A DNA stretch of 64,000 nt from the NCBI GenBank assembly GCA_030603365.1, contig JAUVXV010000005.1, forward strand, positions 128,001 to 192,000, written 5' to 3'. The notes beneath the pieces are model-generated. The model made no database searches. It worked only from the letters and a program-made list of their open reading frames with translations, and had not been told where the DNA came from. The position numbers and the translations under genes were made by a program. The DNA comes from Candidatus Heimdallarchaeota archaeon. Lineage in GTDB: Archaea; Asgardarchaeota; Heimdallarchaeia; Heimdallarchaeales; Heimdallarchaeaceae. This document shows, piece after piece, positions 18,947 through 27,842 of this stretch (the first letter of the stretch is position 1; each line of letters begins with the position of its first letter).

Positions 18947-19478
18947 GAAGAACATGCCTTTTTTTATCGTGACAGGGAAAAAAGGAGAAGGTAAAACTTA
19001 CTTAGTGGAAAAGTTTTCTGAACTAATTTTAAAAGAAGGATTGTCCGTTGGTGGATTTATCACAAAGGGACAAGAAAATAGAAGTTTTGTAGATTTAAAA
19101 ACACGAAAAGAAGAAACATTTTGGAAAAAGGGAGATACACTAAAAGAAGAGATAGGAAATTTCAAAATTTCTAAGAGAGCTTTATCATTTGTAGAAGAAG
19201 TCTTAGATAAGATAGGTAATGAGGATCTCATCGTAATAGACGAAATAGGGTGGCTAGAAGCAGAAAAAAAATGTTTACACGAAATAATTGTGGCATTTCT
19301 AGATAGAGAAAACAGAGAAATTGAAAAGAATGTAATCCTTGTAGTAAGACGTCAGATTGTAGAAAAAATAACAGATCTATATGGGGTTAAAATTCAACAA
19401 ATTTGGTTCTATGAAAGACAAAAACATCAACAAATTCTCTCAGACATGTATCGAACTATGATTGAAAATCATTTGTGA
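18939..19478 (+). CDS. P-loop NTPase (THEP1/NTPase_1-like)
   Basis: VTGKKGEGKT Walker A, VGGFIT, LIVIDEIGWLE Walker B. Confidence 0.88.
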   Translation: MSKKNMPFFIVTGKKGEGKTYLVEKFSELILKEGLSVGGFITKGQENRSFVDLKTRKEETFWKKGDTLKEEIGNFKISKRALSFVEEVLDKIGNEDLIVIDEIGWLEAEKKCLHEIIVAFLDRENREIEKNVILVVRRQIVEKITDLYGVKIQQIWFYERQKHQQILSDMYRTMIENHL

Positions 19479-19537
19479 GGGAGGGAGGGTTGTGAGAAAT
19501 AAAACAAATTACTCACAACCAAATATCCTTTCTCACA
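19474..19537. other. Extended imperfect inverted repeat / two-stem hairpin
   Basis: GGTTGTGAGAAAT (19488-19500) pairs 12/13 with 19508-19520. TGTGAGGGAGG (19474-19484) pairs with CCTTTCTCACA (19527-19537) using two G-U pairs. Confidence 0.7.
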
Positions 19538-19667
19538 GTTATATATAAAAACTACTATTCAGAATATCCACAAATTTTCCTTTGAAAAGCTAATTGATTA
19601 TTTTACAAATTAAATTATTCTTTTGTGACTAGGTAATATTGAAATATAACTAGGTTTTTTGAAGTAC

Positions 19668-20987
19668 ATGAAGAATAAGAAAGCAATCTTGTTAACTATT
19701 ATGTTATTCTTACCAATTTTCGTAATAGCAAATTATGAAATACTAGCTTCTTCCCAATCACCTGATGGTGAAGACGCTAAACTCAAAATGGTTGACGTAG
19801 GTACCCCTGCTCCTGATTTCAATATTACAGATGTTGATAGCTTAATAGAATACAAGTTATCTGATTTCCTTGGAAAAGTAGTTATGATCGACCTCTTTGC
19901 TACATGGTGTGGTCCTTGTATAGCTGCACTTCCACTAATTCATGACTTGTATTTGATGTATCCAGAGACTATGTTTCAAATTATCTCTATAGATGTAGAT
20001 ACCGATGAAACAGAAAATCAAGTTTCATCTTTCAGAGCATCTTATAATATGGATTGGATTGTAGGATTGGATTATAATAGAACTATAACTGATGACTTGA
20101 ATTATGGGTCTGGTTTTATTCCAACAATGTATCTCATTGACCAATCTGGTGATGTAATATATGCAGAGATTGGTTATGATGACACAGCAGTAAAAGCTGC
20201 CTTAAGCACTGTCCTCTCTGATGATACTACAGACCCAGTTTATAATGAGTATAATTTTTACAATAATACTGAACTATCAATTTTCAATCCAAGGTTTGAA
20301 ATCTTTGCAAATATATCAGAAGACCGAAATCTGAAATCAATTGAATTAAGAATTGTGAATGAAGGTATTGAAAAATTCTATTTAGAAATTGAGAAAATTG
20401 GTGATTTTGTTATTATTGATCAAGGTTTCTCTGTAGAATCTCTGTTCCTCTATCCATTTGCTGTTCTAGAACTCCAAATACTTGTTGTAGACTATTTTGA
20501 CAACTACAATTTGACGGATGTATTCTATCTTCCAGTTACTCAATATACTGATGCAGGACCTCCAACAGTCACGAATACTGGAGTAGAATGGTACGAGACC
20601 TCAGATACTAAATATAATGTAACAGTTTATGCAACCATTGAAGAAGACCTACTTTTTGCTAAGAAGGATGTTTGGTTTATGGAAGGTGCAACAATTTGGA
20701 AAGCAGCAACTTTTGAAGATTTCAATGGAACTCATATGGTTGCTTCAGCAATAATATTGTACTCTCAAGTTAATCCTTGGGAATTGACAGCTCATATAGT
20801 AGTAAGAGATGCTGCAGGGAATGAAGTATTAGTCGATCTTGATGTAGCAGACCCACCAATAACTCCAACACCCACACCAACAGAAACTGAAGAACCAACT
20901 GAAGAAGGAAGTTATGCATTCATTATACCATTGGTAAGCATAGTTGCAATTATCTCAATTGTAAGAATAATAAGAAAAAGGAAATAA
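19668..20987 (+). CDS. Secreted TlpA/ResA-like thioredoxin with Ig-like domains and C-terminal TM anchor
   Basis: APDF..LSDFLGKVVMIDLFATWCGPC, IPTMYLID, PT-rich linker, TEEGSY-TM-RKRK. ATG 19668 (track start 19659). Confidence 0.88.
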   Translation: MKNKKAILLTIMLFLPIFVIANYEILASSQSPDGEDAKLKMVDVGTPAPDFNITDVDSLIEYKLSDFLGKVVMIDLFATWCGPCIAALPLIHDLYLMYPETMFQIISIDVDTDETENQVSSFRASYNMDWIVGLDYNRTITDDLNYGSGFIPTMYLIDQSGDVIYAEIGYDDTAVKAALSTVLSDDTTDPVYNEYNFYNNTELSIFNPRFEIFANISEDRNLKSIELRIVNEGIEKFYLEIEKIGDFVIIDQGFSVESLFLYPFAVLELQILVVDYFDNYNLTDVFYLPVTQYTDAGPPTVTNTGVEWYETSDTKYNVTVYATIEEDLLFAKKDVWFMEGATIWKAATFEDFNGTHMVASAIILYSQVNPWELTAHIVVRDAAGNEVLVDLDVADPPITPTPTPTETEEPTEEGSYAFIIPLVSIVAIISIVRIIRKRK

Positions 20988-21010
20988 CCTTCCTTTCTTT
21001 TTCTCTTTTC
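20988..21010 (+). terminator. Oligo-T archaeal terminator
   Basis: Pyrimidine/T tract CCTTCCTTTCTTTTTCTCTTTTC directly after the stop. Confidence 0.45.
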
Positions 21011-21098
21011 ATCTACAAGGATATTCATAGATGATATTGTTATTTCTCATATGAATCCCTTTTCTTATTGGATTTCCTCTATACTTCTCCTTATTATT

Positions 21099-22311
21099 TT
21101 AGTTTTCATTCCCTTTTATTTTCTTCTTTCTATATTTTTTACATAAGATTGCTAACAAGATGAAACCTGGAATGAACAACATAAAGCTATAATCTATCCT
21201 TTCCATATTTTCATTCATTGGATAGGGGTCAGTATTATTTGCATCACCATCGATATGATAAGGTTTATCTTTTTTCCAATCAGACCAATAATTACCTTCA
21301 GTTAGTAAGGGATCGTACCATAGGTTGTTTTCTCCATTATCTGAAGCTTGAGATGAACCATCAGGATTATTATCTTTGAAGGAATTGTGATGAATTCTGT
21401 TTAATTTAGAATCTAAATCGAATTCAATACCATATCCTTCATTCTCTATTGATTGGTTGTAAATAAGATGACAATAATCATAATTAACCAGACTAATTCC
21501 CACTTTGTTTTTTGTGCAAGTATTATTCATTAATTCGTTATTAGTTGAAGATTCATGAATTATACCATATTTCCGATTGTTAGAGCATGTGTTTTCTATT
21601 ATTGCAGAAGATGATGAATAGGTTAAACCTAAACCATAAAGATTTTCTCGACATATGTTATCTGTTACTATTGCATTACCGGAATACCCCATAGTGATTC
21701 CATATTGATTGTTGTTAATGCAAGTATTATTTAACAGAGTAACACTATAGCAAGCCCATATAACAATACCATTATCATTGTTGTTACAGATGTTATTAGT
21801 TACAGTTGCATGTGAGGAAGAATATAATGAAATTCCATTCCATGCGTTGTTGTTATTACAAATATTGTTCGTTATAATTGCTCTTGATGAATGTTGTAAA
21901 GAGATACCACAATAATCTCTGTTATCACTACAAATGTTATTTATTATTGAAGCTGTAGCTTCAGCAGTGTTGGAAATATATATGCCATAACCATTTGTTT
22001 TCAAATAACAATTACGGATAACAAAACATTTCGTGGTGTCATTAATATAAATACAATTCCCACTTTGAATTGTAATATTAAAATTGTCAATAATGTATGG
22101 ATTTTCAACAGTTCCAATTCCAGGAAAGCCATAATCGGTGAAATTATCATCATGTGTAATTACTATTGATCCGCGAGATATATAAGCTAAAGTTAACTGC
22201 TACTTCACTAGTATTTTCAGTAGCGAGTAAAATATCAAGATGTGTTTCTATTGAACCAAAGAAAATAATTGTTCCACAAATAACTGTAACAATAATTAGT
22301 TTTGTTCTCAT
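21099..22311 (-). pseudogene. NosD-type beta-helix surface protein with a frameshift after the signal peptide
   Basis: ATG 22311 gives signal peptide MRTKLIIVTVICGTIIFFG, which stops early. The family cap GSIVITHDDNFTDYGFPGIGTVENPYII lies in another frame behind a TAG near 22200 and leads into track ORF 21099..22004. Confidence 0.7.
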
Positions 22312-22445
22312 AATTTTTCACTCAAAATAATTCTATCGAAACAAAGAATATAAGAATTATGGAAAAAATGAAAAAAACAGTGTTATTCTCTTTTTCTTTT
22401 CTATAAATCCAATAATTTTTAAGTAACTAATTTTGCTCATTTGCT

Positions 22446-23759
22446 GTGAAGAAGAGTCAAGTTGCTATATTAATTTCATCCATTATCATTATAGGTGGTG
22501 CAGTAGGTGTTTATTTCCTAATTGAATCGTTAGGAACAAAAACCACAGCTGCTCCAGATTATGCGTTAGAAAGCATCAATGGAACCACCACTTTTACTCT
22601 ATCTTCTTTACGTCCAAAAACTGTTCTTTTAGATTTTATGAGTATTCCTTGTATTCCTTGTAGAGCTATGAATCCGATTCTCAACGATCTGTTTACTGAT
22701 TCTGACCTTATAGGAAAAGTAGAGATAATTTCAATAGAAACAGTAACGAATACATCTTTTGTTGATCTGCAGAATCATGCACTTCTGGAAAACATGAACT
22801 GGACTGTAGTGATTGCACCAGAAGGTATGCAAGCTGAATATGGAGTAGATCAAATACCAGTTTTTGTGATAATAAATCCTGAAGGAAACATAACCTACTT
22901 TGAAACAGGTATTGCATCGTTTGAAGAATTGAAAACTGAAATAATCAATGCTTTTGAAGGTACAAGTGAAGGAATAACAATCACAAGTTATCAAGGATTT
23001 ATAATAGGTTTCGCAATTATAGTAGCAATAACATCTTTCTTCTCCCCTTGTTCTTTCCCTCTCATGCCAAGTTATGTAGCTCATATTCTAGGAATGAATA
23101 TGTCAAGTGATGAAAAAGAAAAAGCGCTAGATAAGGAGATTAATAGGGAAATTCTAAACAATGAAAACCAAAAAGTGAAAAGAAAACTGTGGCTTTATCC
23201 ATTGTTGGGATTAAGTAGTGGAGTGGGGATTTTAATAAGTTACTTGATCTTGGGGATTACGGTTAGTGCAGTCGGAAGTTCGATTTTACCTTATGTTGTT
23301 TATGCTCTCCCAATAATTGGTGGGATTTTCATTGTTCTTGGAATTCTAATGTTTACAAAATTAGAGTTTTCTTTGTCAAGGGTTTTAAGCTGGATTAGAA
23401 AAAAACAAATCTCATCTGAGGAAAAGAAGAAAGATTCGAATGTTAGTAAATTCTCAAGTACTTTTCTTTATGGTTTAGGATATGGAATTGCTTCTCTGGG
23501 GTGCAATGCACCAATATTTCTAGCTTTCAGCTTACAAGTATCAGCTCAAGAAACAATCTTGAAAATGGTCTTTGCTTACCTTGCTTTTGCATTAACTATT
23601 ATTCTCTTGATGGTAGGAGCAACTCTTCTTATCAGCGTTTCTAGAGACGCAATTTTACAAAAACTCAAAGCTGGAACTGAAATTATCAAGAAAATAAGTG
23701 GAGTAATTTTAGTTGGTGTAGGGATATATTTATTATTGGAGTTTTTCCTAGGTGGATAA
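22446..23759 (+). CDS. Thioredoxin-CcdA (DsbD-beta) fusion
   Basis: N-terminal TM plus redoxin LDFMSIPCIPC..IPVFVII. C-terminal 6-TM CcdA domain with FFSPCSFPLMPSY and ASLGCNAPIF. Confidence 0.9.
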   Translation: MKKSQVAILISSIIIIGGAVGVYFLIESLGTKTTAAPDYALESINGTTTFTLSSLRPKTVLLDFMSIPCIPCRAMNPILNDLFTDSDLIGKVEIISIETVTNTSFVDLQNHALLENMNWTVVIAPEGMQAEYGVDQIPVFVIINPEGNITYFETGIASFEELKTEIINAFEGTSEGITITSYQGFIIGFAIIVAITSFFSPCSFPLMPSYVAHILGMNMSSDEKEKALDKEINREILNNENQKVKRKLWLYPLLGLSSGVGILISYLILGITVSAVGSSILPYVVYALPIIGGIFIVLGILMFTKLEFSLSRVLSWIRKKQISSEEKKKDSNVSKFSSTFLYGLGYGIASLGCNAPIFLAFSLQVSAQETILKMVFAYLAFALTIILLMVGATLLISVSRDAILQKLKAGTEIIKKISGVILVGVGIYLLLEFFLGG

Positions 23760-23760
23760 G

Positions 23761-24321
23761 ATGAAGAATAAAGCAAGAATAGCTAAAATTCTACCTTTGT
23801 TTGTAGTATTATTATCTGCAATGTTTATTGGTGATTCGGTAAATGCATCAAGCGATTATGGTATCACTTCTATTGCTCAAAGCCCAACACCTCTAATATT
23901 TGAGGAAAATCTAACCATAACTGTAGTATTCTATGATACAACAAATATCTCAACAGTTAAACTACTTATTTGCACAATCACTCCTGAATTCCTATGCGAA
24001 TCTCAACCAATAACAATGGTTGAAATAACTAGTGGAACATATGAAGGGAAATTCTTGATTGATGATTATGCCATCGGAACAACTGTAGGATATCATTTAA
24101 TTTTAACATATGAGAATTTTACTTCTATTATCATTCCAGATGCACCAGAATTTCTTGAAATGGAAATTATTGAACCTATAACTGGTTTCTATTTCTTTGA
24201 TGCTGGAGCAGTTCAACAGCGAACTGAAGAAGCAGGATGTTGTGGAATAATAGGTGCAACTTTAGCAGTGTTATCAACTTCATTGATTGCTAAAAGAAAA
24301 AGAAAGAATATCAACGAATAA
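23761..24321 (+). CDS. Secreted Ig-like protein with C-terminal TM anchor (paralog of 24385)
   Basis: Signal peptide, ICTITPEFLC, VGYHLIL.YENFT, FDAG, TEEAGCC-TM-KRKRK. ATG 23761 (track start 23752). Confidence 0.75.
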   Translation: MKNKARIAKILPLFVVLLSAMFIGDSVNASSDYGITSIAQSPTPLIFEENLTITVVFYDTTNISTVKLLICTITPEFLCESQPITMVEITSGTYEGKFLIDDYAIGTTVGYHLILTYENFTSIIIPDAPEFLEMEIIEPITGFYFFDAGAVQQRTEEAGCCGIIGATLAVLSTSLIAKRKRKNINE

Positions 24322-24384
24322 TCTGTTCTTTAACACATTTTTCTTGATAATATTTTTAATAGGGTTAGTCAACTGTGTATCAGA

Positions 24385-24984
24385 ATGAAACAGAGAATAG
24401 GCTATGCTTTTCTAATACTAACAATGTCTCTAATATTCCTTAATTCACAGAGTCTGCCAACAGTAATCGCTAACCCATATGATATCTATAATATTGAACT
24501 AGCACCTCAACCCTTAATCTACGGTCAAAATATGTCAGTTAGAATACAATTTGATTGTTTAGCAAATATCAATTCTGCAAAACTCTACATCTATAAGATA
24601 ACAGAAGATATGATTTGCGCTTGTGATTTCGTTTATGTATCGATGTATGAAATCACCAGCTGGATAGAATGTGCAACTGCTCAAAGATTTGAAGGGAACA
24701 GAACAGTAGACTTTCCACTTGGAATGCAGATAGGTTACCGCATACAAATTCTCTATGAAAATTTTACAGTACTAACCGTACCTAATTCAGTGAATTTTAT
24801 TGGAATAGATACTATAGAGCCTCTTAATAATGAATTGATGTTTGATGCAGGAAAAGTACAAGAAAGTACCAATGTTGAAAGTACCAATGTAGCAAGTTTC
24901 AGCAAATTCATTATCTTAGGTTCAGCTTTACTCATTTCATTTGTTCTTTACAGAAAACGAAGATCAAGGGTTAAATATGGCTGA
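24385..24984 (+). CDS. Secreted Ig-like protein with C-terminal TM anchor (paralog of 23761)
   Basis: Shares P.PLI, IGY.I.ILYENFT, IEP and FDAG.VQ with the upstream gene. TM plus RKRR. Confidence 0.75.
   Translation: MKQRIGYAFLILTMSLIFLNSQSLPTVIANPYDIYNIELAPQPLIYGQNMSVRIQFDCLANINSAKLYIYKITEDMICACDFVYVSMYEITSWIECATAQRFEGNRTVDFPLGMQIGYRIQILYENFTVLTVPNSVNFIGIDTIEPLNNELMFDAGKVQESTNVESTNVASFSKFIILGSALLISFVLYRKRRSRVKYG
24862..24890 (+). repeat. 15-nt in-frame tandem duplication (ESTNV x2)
   Basis: GAAAGTACCAATGT-T-GAAAGTACCAATGT. Confidence 0.85.
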
Positions 24985-25300
24985 AAAACGGAGAAAAAGC
25001 AAAAGGAAAAAGCTAGTTGAGGGAGAATGTTATTTTTGTAAGCAAGAGCTAAAAAAAGTTGATAAAACAGACAAGATTATTCTAGGCTGTTGTAATCTGG
25101 TAGCGCATAAACATGAACTGTATAAGTGGTTTCTTCAAAATCAACACTGTCCAAGTTGTCTAGCTGTCAACAAACAAAAAAGATCAAAACTAGTTCAGTG
25201 GGGAATGAATAGAGAAAAACCGAAGAGGGAGCATGTAAAAACAAAGTCTTTAGAATATGGTAAAGAGAAAAAAAAGAGGTATGAGAAGAAGCTAAGATAG
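24977..25300 (+). CDS. Small basic RING-variant zinc-finger protein
   Basis: CYFC-x16-CC-x4-H-x-H-x4-W-x6-CPSC. ATG 24977 overlaps the upstream stop by 8 nt (track start 24941 is less likely). Confidence 0.75.
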   Translation: MAEKRRKSKRKKLVEGECYFCKQELKKVDKTDKIILGCCNLVAHKHELYKWFLQNQHCPSCLAVNKQKRSKLVQWGMNREKPKREHVKTKSLEYGKEKKKRYEKKLR

Positions 25301-25338
25301 AGAAAAAATTTTTAAGTTCTCCTTCCTAATTTAATGAG

Positions 25339-25827
25339 ATGAAACAACATTCTCTACAATGTCTTATTCTGATAATAATTACAATTTTTATGTTAAATTC
25401 TATCTGTCTGGTTGATTCTTATAGCGAAACCGATGGAATAGAATATGATGATATCATTGATGTTGCATTCATAAGTTATAGAAATGGGGAATTTGTTATA
25501 GAATATACAGCTCAAGGACCAATCAGACTTGAAATAAATACAAATGCAGTGAATGAATATTTTGTAAATGAGGTTTTAGGAATGAAAATTGGGGAAGTGA
25601 AACCTTATATTACTTGGAATGTTGGTGCAGATTTAATTGAATATTTTAACACTACAATAGTCAATTTAGTAAAAGATTCCACACCAGAAACATCGACACC
25701 TTCACCTACTGAAACATCGACATTTTCATCTATTAAAACAATTGATTTCTTCTGGGGTATCATCGTTGTTAATTTTATATCTATCTCACTTCTGAAAAGA
25801 AAGAAGAATAGAAGAATACTTAGGTGA
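25339..25827 (+). CDS. Secreted FKBP-like domain protein with C-terminal TM anchor
   Basis: GIEYDDIIDVAF...NGE...PIRLEI...FVNEVLGMKIGEVK resembles FKBP PPIases but is degenerate. TP-rich linker, TM, KRKK. Confidence 0.6.
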   Translation: MKQHSLQCLILIIITIFMLNSICLVDSYSETDGIEYDDIIDVAFISYRNGEFVIEYTAQGPIRLEINTNAVNEYFVNEVLGMKIGEVKPYITWNVGADLIEYFNTTIVNLVKDSTPETSTPSPTETSTFSSIKTIDFFWGIIVVNFISISLLKRKKNRRILR

Positions 25828-25905
25828 TAATTCACATCAACAAGATTTATAATAAAACAACAAATTCTCACTTCTTAATCAGAAATTGTAGATGGTTTTA
25901 GGAAA

Positions 25906-26874
25906 ATGATTGATGAGAAGAAAATGTTTTCACATAGTCAAGAGGAAACTGAAATCATAGGTGAAATGCTCAAGAAAGGCAGAAGAGATGTACTAACTTT
26001 TCTTGAAGATGGAGCTTGTGAAATTCTTTATGTTTCAATTGACGATGGTGAGTTGAGAGTATTTCATCATAAACCTGAGAAAAACGAAACTTCACGACCA
26101 ATAGTTTTTCTTCCAGGATTTGTTGCTGCTCCTACAACCTGGGTAGATTTTCATGTCCCTCATCATGGTATAGGTGAATACTACTATCTAGAAACCAGAG
26201 AAAAGAGATCAAGTAGAATCAATAAAACTCGAAAAACTCTAATGACTATAAACAGAACAGCTGTAGATCTAGGAGTAGCTCTCAAAGAGCTAGGTTTAGA
26301 AGAAAAAGACTATGTTTTAGCAGGTTCAAGTTATGGCTCAACAATAATCCTTGAAGCATTAATTCATAGATATATTGACCCTCCAACAGTAGTTGTTCAT
26401 GATCCAATTATCAAATGGATATGGGATAAATCTCTCAATAATATTCTACTTAGAATAGTCCCCAAATTCATTCTATCTTTCATGAGAATTCTAATTGCTC
26501 ATGTCTTCACCTTAGGTATGAGGAATAAAGAACAAAGAGAAAGGATGATAGAATTCACAAAGGGGCTTGAACCATGGAAGTTTAAAAGAGCAACTCTTCA
26601 AAATAATAAATTCAATATCTTTGAGAATTTAAAAAATATCAAGAAAGAAGTCTTCATTACAACAGGACCCTTAGATAGATACCATCCAAGAATTGCTTAT
26701 TACAATTACGCTAAGGAGATTCCTAATGGAAGATTCATTTTTATGGACACAGATAACGAGGAAAGGCAATTACTAGCGGGAATAATTGGAACTGAATTTG
26801 CTAAGATAACAAAAGATGCAGACATACCAGAATCAATTAAGCAATTTGAAATTAAACTTGAAAGAGAAAATTAA
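25906..26874 (+). CDS. Alpha/beta hydrolase
   Basis: PIVFLPGF oxyanion motif, LAGSSYGS nucleophile elbow, TGPLDRYHP. Confidence 0.8.
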   Translation: MIDEKKMFSHSQEETEIIGEMLKKGRRDVLTFLEDGACEILYVSIDDGELRVFHHKPEKNETSRPIVFLPGFVAAPTTWVDFHVPHHGIGEYYYLETREKRSSRINKTRKTLMTINRTAVDLGVALKELGLEEKDYVLAGSSYGSTIILEALIHRYIDPPTVVVHDPIIKWIWDKSLNNILLRIVPKFILSFMRILIAHVFTLGMRNKEQRERMIEFTKGLEPWKFKRATLQNNKFNIFENLKNIKKEVFITTGPLDRYHPRIAYYNYAKEIPNGRFIFMDTDNEERQLLAGIIGTEFAKITKDADIPESIKQFEIKLEREN

Positions 26875-26944
26875 AGATGAGAGACACAAATGGAATTTTT
26901 GTAATTCGATAATATTAAAATATCAAAGGGTTGAAAATGAATTC

Positions 26945-27760
26945 ATGTTTCAGAGAAAAACATACTTGATTCTTCTAATACTTAGTCTTCCAATTCTAAT
27001 AATTATATCTGAACAAAGGTTTTCAGATGTTGTAGGAAGTACAAACGACAATTCTGAGACATCCTTAATCCAGGCAACAGCATCAGATTTCACCGTTCAA
27101 GATGTTGGGTCAGGAAAAACATACTCGCTTAGCGATTTTCGTGGAACTGTAGTTGTTCTAGATTTATTCGCTACATGGTGTCCTCCATGTCAGCTCTCTA
27201 TCCCCTTTTTACGGGAGCTATACTCTCAATATACTCAAAGTGAACTTAGAATTATATCTGTAGATGTTGATAGTTCAGAATCTCAATCTACTGTCTCCCA
27301 ATTCCGTCAAGAAGAAAATATGGACTGGATAGTAAGCCTAGATTCAGGAGGTTCAATAAACAGTGTTTACGGTTCTGGTTCAATACCTACTTTTTATATC
27401 ATTGACCAAGAAGGTTCAATCATTTGGTCAGACTCTGGTTTTTCAAATGAAGAAACAAAACCCAAAATGCAAACTACAATTGAAACATTATTAGCTGATG
27501 GTTCTGATTCAATCAATCCTGGATCAACCGAAACACCAAGAGGACTAATAATCTTCGCTGAAGTTACAGGGGGTCTAGCAATAGCAGTTGCAGTAATTTT
27601 TGGATATTATAAGATAAAAAATCGAATAAAAACTAAGATGTGTCCTACATGTAGCAATGTTGCTAGTTCAAAATGTTCAAAATGTGGGATATTTACTTGT
27701 GCAAATTGTTCAACAAAAGGTTGTAAAAACTGTGGAAGTAGACAATTTATTAGATTATGA
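26945..27760 (+). CDS. TlpA-like thioredoxin with TM helix and C-terminal 8-Cys zinc-finger-like tail
   Basis: Signal peptide, LDLFATWCPPC, IPTFYIID, TM, then CPTC-CSKC-CANC-CKNC. ATG 26945 (track start 26816). Confidence 0.85.
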   Translation: MFQRKTYLILLILSLPILIIISEQRFSDVVGSTNDNSETSLIQATASDFTVQDVGSGKTYSLSDFRGTVVVLDLFATWCPPCQLSIPFLRELYSQYTQSELRIISVDVDSSESQSTVSQFRQEENMDWIVSLDSGGSINSVYGSGSIPTFYIIDQEGSIIWSDSGFSNEETKPKMQTTIETLLADGSDSINPGSTETPRGLIIFAEVTGGLAIAVAVIFGYYKIKNRIKTKMCPTCSNVASSKCSKCGIFTCANCSTKGCKNCGSRQFIRL

Positions 27761-27842
27761 TATTCGCATATATTCAAGTTACACCTATCTTAATATGGTT
27801 TAATCCAAAATACTTTAAGTTGTAGAATATCTCATATAATCA

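Noticed and set aside
19474-19537. Hairpin beside a TGA stop as a possible SECIS element or selenocysteine readthrough
   Set aside because: No tandem GA quartet on both arms. The TGA falls at the natural end of the NTPase, and no redox motif in the window has TGA in place of Cys.
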